Positions 58,779-64,000 of a stretch of DNA of 64,000 nucleotides are shown here, piece by piece. The notes beneath the pieces are model-generated. The model searched no databases and was not told the origin of the DNA. It was given only the letters and a program-made list of their open reading frames with translations. Location of the stretch: NCBI GenBank assembly GCA_963763535.1, contig CAVXOX010000005.1, forward strand, positions 479,823 to 543,822, read 5' to 3'. Within the stretch, counting starts at the first letter, position 1, and the number at the start of each line of letters is the position of its first letter. The stretch comes from an uncultured Acidobacteriota bacterium (GTDB lineage Bacteria > Acidobacteriota > Thermoanaerobaculia > UBA5066 > Gp7-AA6). The position numbers and the translations under genes are program-made.

Positions 58779-59897
58779 GGCTTTTGACTCCTCTTGTAGA
58801 AGGGGGTGGGGACCACGCGCGCGGCGGCGTCGCGGCCGCGGATGTCGACGGAGAACTCGGTGCCGACGGCGGCGGACGCGGCGGGCAGCAGCGCGAGGCC
58901 GATCGGCCTGCCGAGCGTCGGCGAGTGCGTCCCCGAGGTGACGACCCCCGGGCCGGAGGCCGTCTTCGCGGGATAGCCGTGGCGGCCGATGCCGCGGTCG
59001 ACCATCTCGAATCCGACCAGCTTGCGCGGCACGCCCGCCTGCTTCTGCGCGACGAGCGCGTCGCGGCCGATGAAGTCGCCCTTGCCGGGCTTGACGATCC
59101 AGCCGAGGTCGGCCTCGTAGGCCGTGACCGTCTCGTCGATGTCGTTGCCGTACAGCGCCATCTTGGCCTCGAGGCGGAGGGTGTCCCGCGCCCCGAGCCC
59201 GCAGGGGACGGCGCCGTCGGCCTTCCCCTCCTCGAGGAGCTTCCGGAACAGGCGTGCGGCGTCGTCGGGGCGACAGTACACCTCGAATCCGTCCTCCCCC
59301 GTGTACCCGGTGCGCGACACCAGTGTCGGAGCGCCGGCCACCACCGCCTGGCGGAAGCCGTAGTACGGGCAGGTCGGTCGGATCGGGTTGGGCCAGCCGT
59401 GAAAGCAGCGAGGCCGCCTTCGGACCCTGCACGGCGATCAGGGCGTAGTCCGCGCTGCGATCGGTGAACGTCGCGTCGGCACCCGCGTGGGACGTGGCCC
59501 AGGCGAAGTCCTTGGGCGTGTTGCCCGCATTGACGACGAGGAGATACGAGTCCGGGCCACGCCGATAGACGAGCAGGTCGTCCACGAACGTCCCCTTCTC
59601 CGTGAGGAACGCCGAGTACTGGATGCGCCCGTCCGAGAGGGCCGCGACGTCGTTCGGGGTCAGCCGCTGGAGGCACGCGAGCGCGCCGGAACCGGTCACG
59701 TCGAACTCGCCCATGTGGGAGACGTCGAAGAGGCCGACCCGCTCGCGGACGGCCTTGTGCTCCTCGAGGATGCCGGAGTACTGGACCGGCATCTCCCAGC
59801 CGCCGAAGTCGATCAGCTTGGCCCCGAGCTCCCGGTGCAGGTCGTAGAGGGGCGTGCGGCGCAGCGCGGCCTGTGGAGCGGGGACAGACATCGGCAA
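58775..59897 (-). CDS. gcvT: Glycine cleavage system aminomethyltransferase T. Frameshift at ~59365-59372, an extra C in a CCC run.
   Basis: N-terminal 175 aa in one frame (MPMSVPAPQAALRRTPLYDLHRELGAKLIDFGGWEMPVQY...). The remainder, YYGFRQAVVAGAPTLVSRTGYTGEDGFEVY..., is in the +1 frame (ORF 58775..59344). Confidence 0.8.
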
Positions 59898-60037
59898 CGG
59901 AAATTAGCACAAGGCGGCGGCGGGATCCGTGATGCGTCCGGATCCCCGCGGCGATCCTCTAGAATCGCCGCCACGGACTCGATGACCTCCCCACCCGACC
60001 GTCGGCGCACGGTCCCCGGCGCGCGGCGCCGCGCGCC

Positions 60038-61604
60038 ATGACGGACTCTCCCGCCGCCCGGGCGCGGGAGGCGGCGCGCCGCTGCGAAACGGCGGGCTTG
60101 ACCGCCGAGGCCGACATGCTCTACCGGCTCGCGGAGACCCTCGAGAACCAGGACCGGGCGGCCGCCTCCGCCTCGCTCGCCCGGGTCCTGCTCGCGGCCG
60201 GCCGCGCGGACCCGGCCCGGCCGTACGCGCTCGACGGCAGCGACCCGGTGCTGGTCGCCCGCCTGCTCCTCGAAGACCACGACTTCGGCGAGGCGCGCCG
60301 GCTCCTCGACGAGGCCCGGCGGCGGGACCCCTTCGATCCCCGCATCGCCTCGGCGCGCGGACGCCTGGGCTTCCTCGAGAAGCGCTTCGAGGAGGCGGTC
60401 GGCGACCTGCTCGAGGCCGCCCTGCTGAAACCCGACGGGCTGCCCGACGCCACGGACCGGCGGTTCCTCCGCGCCGCCCGGGCCCTCGCGCCCGATCGGA
60501 TCCCCGCATGGAAGGAAGCGGTGGCGGGCGCGCGCGACCGGCTCGCGCGCGAGGCGGCCGAACGCGCGCCGGCCGTCCCGTGGCCCGACCGGTCCGCGGA
60601 GCTCCTCCACTCGCTCATCCGCCGCTCCGGCCTCGCCTCCGAAGGCGTCCTCGACCGCGCGCGCCGCCTCGCCGGAGCTGCCCTCGCTGCGCGGCCTCGA
60701 CGAGGGCTCGCTCTTCTGGGCGGCGGCCGCCGGCGACCTGCGGCGCCTGGCGCGCGGCAGCGTCCTGTACCGCGCCGGCGAGCCCGCCGGAGAGATCTCG
60801 CTCGTCCTCCAGGGGACGCTGTCCCTCGTGCGGACGACGCCCGTCGGCGACCAGCCGATGGGGGAGGCCGACACCGGAGACTTCGTCGGCGAGGAAGCGC
60901 TCGTCGGCGCGCCCCGCACGAGCGACGCGCGCGCGTCGGGGCCGACGACGCTCCTCGGCTTCCCGGCGGACGCGTTCTCCGCCGATCCCGAGCGGGCGGG
61001 CTGGCTGCGCCACCTGCGCCTGCGCCTCGCCCGCCGCCTCTCAAGCCTCGACGATCTCTTCCGCCGTTTCTTCCCCGACGACGGACGTCCGGTGCGCTCG
61101 CCCGCCCCGGCCGCGGGGTCACCCTCCGACGCGACCTCCGAGATGACGCTCGAAGACCGGACGCGCTCGCTCGGCGGCATCGGCCTCTCGGAGTCCGACC
61201 GGTTTCTCTTCGCGGTCTTCGCCGAGGAGAAGCACTACCCGGCCGAGACGGCGCTCTTCCGCGAAGGGGATGCGGGAGAGGCCCTGTGCGTGATCGCGCG
61301 CGGGCGCGTGCGGATCTCCCGCCGGATCTCGGGCGGGGAGGAGGCCTTCGCCATTCTGAGCCCGGGCGAGATCTTCGGGGAGATGGCTCTCCTCGACCCG
61401 GGCTCCGGCCGCTCGGCGGACGCGGTCGCCCACGAGGACGCCGTCGTGCTGGAGCTCTCGCGCGATCGCTTCGAGGCCCTCGAGACCGCCGATCCCGAGG
61501 GCTGCGCCGACCTCTCGCTCCTCCTCTGCCGCCTCGCCGCCCGCCGTTCGGTCGACACCGCCGAACGCCTCGCGAGCTGGAGGATTCTGGCGGGGCCCGG
61601 CTAG
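60038..61604 (+). CDS. Protein with N-terminal helical (TPR-like) domain and two cyclic-nucleotide-binding domains. Frameshift at ~60655-60675.
   Basis: The first ~210 aa are in the frame of ORF 60038..61984. The cNMP domains (…LYRAGEPAGEISLVLQGTL…; …FREGDAGEALCVIARGRVRI…GEIFGEMALL) are in the frame of ORF 60828..61604. Junction at cgcgcgcgcc. Confidence 0.65.
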
Positions 61605-61617
61605 AGCGAAACTCGGG

Positions 61618-63553
61618 TCAGTCCGCCTTCAGCGTTAGCTTGACGACCGCCCGTTCTCTGCCCGCGTTCGGCGCGACGAGGATGCGGACGAGGCGCGGCC
61701 GATACCCCGACGCGGCGATGACGAGATCGTGCACCGCGGGACCGGAGAGCTGGAGCGGGGACGCCGCGCCGAAGCCGCTCGCCGGACCGAGGTCGCGGCC
61801 GTTCTCCGTCACCGTCGCGTTCGCGGGATCGACGGCGAACTCGACGGGCCCGGTCGTGCGGTCGTACGGCGAGGGAAGATCGTCGTACGGCGTTCGTTCG
61901 CGGCGGTCGAGCTCCTCGTCGATCGAGGGCGAGTCCTTGTCCGCGTCGGGCGAGACGTCGATCTCGAGGATCATCGCCCGATAGCCGGGCAGCTCCATCC
62001 GGACGTAGTGGGTCCCCGGCTTCGAAAACTCGAGCTCCCGGCCGCCGCCGCGGTTGTCCCAGTCGTCGGCAATGCCGATGTAGCGGCCGTCGAGGTAGAG
62101 GCGCGCCTGCTGGGGGCTCGACGTGAACCGCACCGCGCGCCGCGTCGCGTACCGCCCGTCCACCCGCTCGGGCTTCGCGGGGCCGGCCGCCGCCCGGCTC
62201 CCCGGCGCGGGAGCGGCCGCCGCCGCGGCCTCGACCGGCGCGCCCGGGGAAGACGCCGCGGTCGGCCGGCGCCTCGGCGAGGGCCTCGGACGCGGGGTGG
62301 GCGCGGACTCGGCCGGGGCAGCTGGCGCGGCCGCGGCTGGCGGAGGCGCCGGAACGGCGGCGGGCGGAGCCGTCGGCAGCGGCGGCTCGGCCGTCGGCGG
62401 CGGCGCCGGCGATGACCTCGGCGTTCGGCGCGGGCGTCGCGATCGGCCGCACCGCGCGCGCCGGCGAGGCCGGGACGGCCGGCGCCCCGGGCCTCTCGCG
62501 CGCGAGCCAGAGCGCGACGGCGGCGAGCACCGCGAGGAGGACGACGATGACGGGCACGCCGCTCCGCCTCCGGGGCGGCGGCGGTGCGGAGGGCGCCGTC
62601 GCGCCATGATCGCGCGGCGGCGGAGCCCCGCCGGGGGCCGGGCCCGCGGGAACCGTGACCGCCTCGGAGAGCGGCTCGGCGAGGGCGCGCCGCGTCATCT
62701 CGGACTCGCGCTGGATCTTCTCGATCTTCGCCAGCTCGCTCGCGAACTCGCCCGCGTTCGCGGGCCGGCGATCGGGCGACTTCGCGAGCAGACGGGCCAC
62801 GACGGCGCGGGTCGCGATCGGCAGTCCCGCGTTCCACTCGAGCGGGTCGCGCGGCTCGGTGTGGAGGATCTGGTAGACGAGGGTCGTGATGGACTCGCCG
62901 GGAAACGGCCGCGCGCCCGTCAGCAGCTCGTAGAGGACGACGCCGAGCGAGAACAGATCCGACCGCCCGTCGAGCTTTTCGCCCTTGACCTGTTCCGGCG
63001 ACATGTAGGCGGGGCTCCCGATCATGTGGCCGGCCCGCGTGAGGTTGGACGTGGAGGCCTCGGTGAACTTTCCGATGCCGAAGTCGGTCACCTTCACCCG
63101 GCCGTCGCGGCCGACGAGAATGTTGCCGGGCTTGACGTCGCGGTGGAGCACGCCCCGCTCGTGCGCGTGGCCGAGCGCCTCGGCGACCTGGCGGACGATC
63201 CCGATCTTCGCGGCGAGCGGCAACGCGTCGTTCGCTCCGAGGTACCGCGTCAGCGGCCGTCCGTCGACGTGCTCCATCGCGATGAAACAGACGTCGCCCT
63301 CGCGCCCGACGTCGTAGATCGTAACGATGTTCGGGTGCTGCAGACGACCGGCGAGCTTCGCCTCCCGGAGGAACCGCGCCTCGATCTCCTGCGGCGTCTC
63401 GCCGCCGACGCTCTCGGGCCGGACGGTCTTGATGGCGACGTCGCGGCCGATCTCGGGGTCGTGGGCCAGGTAGACGACGCCCATCGCTCCCTGGCCGAGA
63501 ACGGAAGCGATCTGGAAGCGCCCGAGGCGGGAGCCCGCGGGCAGCAGGCTCAT
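61618..63553 (-). CDS. Ser/Thr protein kinase with a TM helix, Pro/Ala-rich linker and two C-terminal PEGA domains. A frameshift lies somewhere in 62200-62450.
   Basis: Kinase domain and TM (VPVIVVLLAVLAAVALWLA) are in the frame of ORF 61601..63553. The PEGA domains (ARLYLDGRYIGIADD...PGTHYVRMELPGYRAMILEIDV; ...LQLSGPAVHDLVIAASGYRPRLVRILV) are in the frame of ORF 61618..62607. Confidence 0.7.
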
Positions 63554-63825
63554 TCGGTATCGTTTTCCGAGAGGTTCCGCTCCGCGTCCTTGCGGCGCTC
63601 CGCGATCAGCGCGCGCGCCTCCTCGGCGCGATCCGGCGGCACCATCACCCGCGAGAGGCCGAGCGCGCCGAGGTCCTCCGGCCAGGGCGACGCCGAAGGC
63701 CCCTCGATCTCGCAGGGAATGTCCTCGGACTCGAGGAGCCCGGCAATGATCGCCGCTTCCTCGTCCTCGCCGGCCGCGGCGACCTCGACCCAGTCCTCGG
63801 AATCGTTCCCGGCGTCCTTCGCCAT
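63550..63825 (-). CDS. DUF2007-like small acidic protein (putative signal-transducing domain)
   Basis: 91 aa: DWVEVAAAG...EAAIIAGLLESEDIPCEIEG... ATGA-coupled to the downstream kinase gene. Confidence 0.55.
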   Translation of the reverse strand: MAKDAGNDSEDWVEVAAAGEDEEAAIIAGLLESEDIPCEIEGPSASPWPEDLGALGLSRVMVPPDRAEEARALIAERRKDAERNLSENDTE

Positions 63826-63838
63826 CGTTTCCTCCGGT

Positions 63839-64000
63839 CTATCTCACGAGTGCCAGCGGCGTGGCGCCGCGATCCTGGACGCGGCCGATCACCGCGCCGG
63901 CCGGCGCGCCCAGGGCGACGCAGCGGGCGGCGTAGCGCTCCGCCTCCATCTCCGGGAGCGCGACGAGCAGCCCGCCCGAGGTCTGGGCGTCGCATACGAG
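63839..64000 (-). CDS. C-terminal fragment of a selenophosphate synthetase/AIR-synthase-related protein (SelD-like). The 5' part lies beyond the window.
   Basis: Manual minus-strand translation gives ...LVCDAQTSGGLLVALPEMEAERYAARCVALGAPAGAVIGRVQDRGATPLALVR*, stop TAG at 63841-63839. Confidence 0.4.
   Translation of the reverse strand, partial: LVCDAQTSGGLLVALPEMEAERYAARCVALGAPAGAVIGRVQDRGATPLALVR

Noticed and set aside
59898-60037. Glycine riboswitch expected upstream of gcvT
   Set aside because: I searched the 140-nt leader on the minus strand for the conserved GGAGAG / ACCGAAGGGGCAA-type aptamer cores and found none. A covariance-model search is needed to be sure.
1-64000. CRISPR arrays, rRNA/tRNA genes, integrases, transposases, phage or toxin-antitoxin modules
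   Set aside because: I saw no direct-repeat/spacer periodicity, no rRNA- or tRNA-like conserved blocks, and no ORF with recombinase, transposase or phage-structural similarity. The only repeats are the short palindromic intergenic family.

Overview
This 64-kb window comes from a very high-GC (~70%) bacterial chromosome. It is probably Acidobacteriota: it has GWxTD-like repeats, an acidobacterial-type VWA domain and a 'GTCATyCCGAG…CGAGGrATCCC' intergenic repeat family. I count roughly 58 protein-coding genes, more than 85% on the minus strand, packed tightly with many 4-nt start/stop overlaps (ATGA, GTGA, TTGA) and frequent GTG/TTG starts.

The housekeeping backbone, left to right, is: accB-accC, pilM-N-O-P-Q (type IV pilus), rpmB, rel (RelA/SpoT), yajC-secD-secF, an M19 dipeptidase, an IorAB-like 2Fe-2S plus molybdopterin oxidoreductase pair, tgt, folK, mnmA with a cysteine desulfurase, maf, efp, and gcvT-gcvH-gcvPA-gcvPB.

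The less ordinary content is:
- a ThiE–shikimate kinase fusion;
- a roadblock/LC7 plus TPR protein pair;
- a lipoprotein and an IPT/TIG surface protein trailing the pilus operon;
- a ~1480-aa protein with three GWxTD-like repeats and a C-terminal VWA domain;
- a PerR–rubrerythrin–(Fe-S CCG protein)–DUF3501 module, divergent from a 1270-aa multi-module flavoprotein;
- two Ser/Thr kinases (one kinase-GAF-PP2C, one kinase-TM-PEGA), a cNMP-binding protein, a GGDEF cyclase, an FHA/zinc-ribbon protein, and a GDSL lipase next to a FadL porin.

I found no rRNA, tRNA, CRISPR array or obvious mobile element.

Two sequence-wide points matter for interpretation. At least seven conserved genes are interrupted by single-base frameshifts, all at short G/C runs. 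These are most likely assembly indels, but they need read-level confirmation. Many of the long Arg- or Ala-rich ORFs in the supplied track are off-frame shadows of real genes, and I rejected them.
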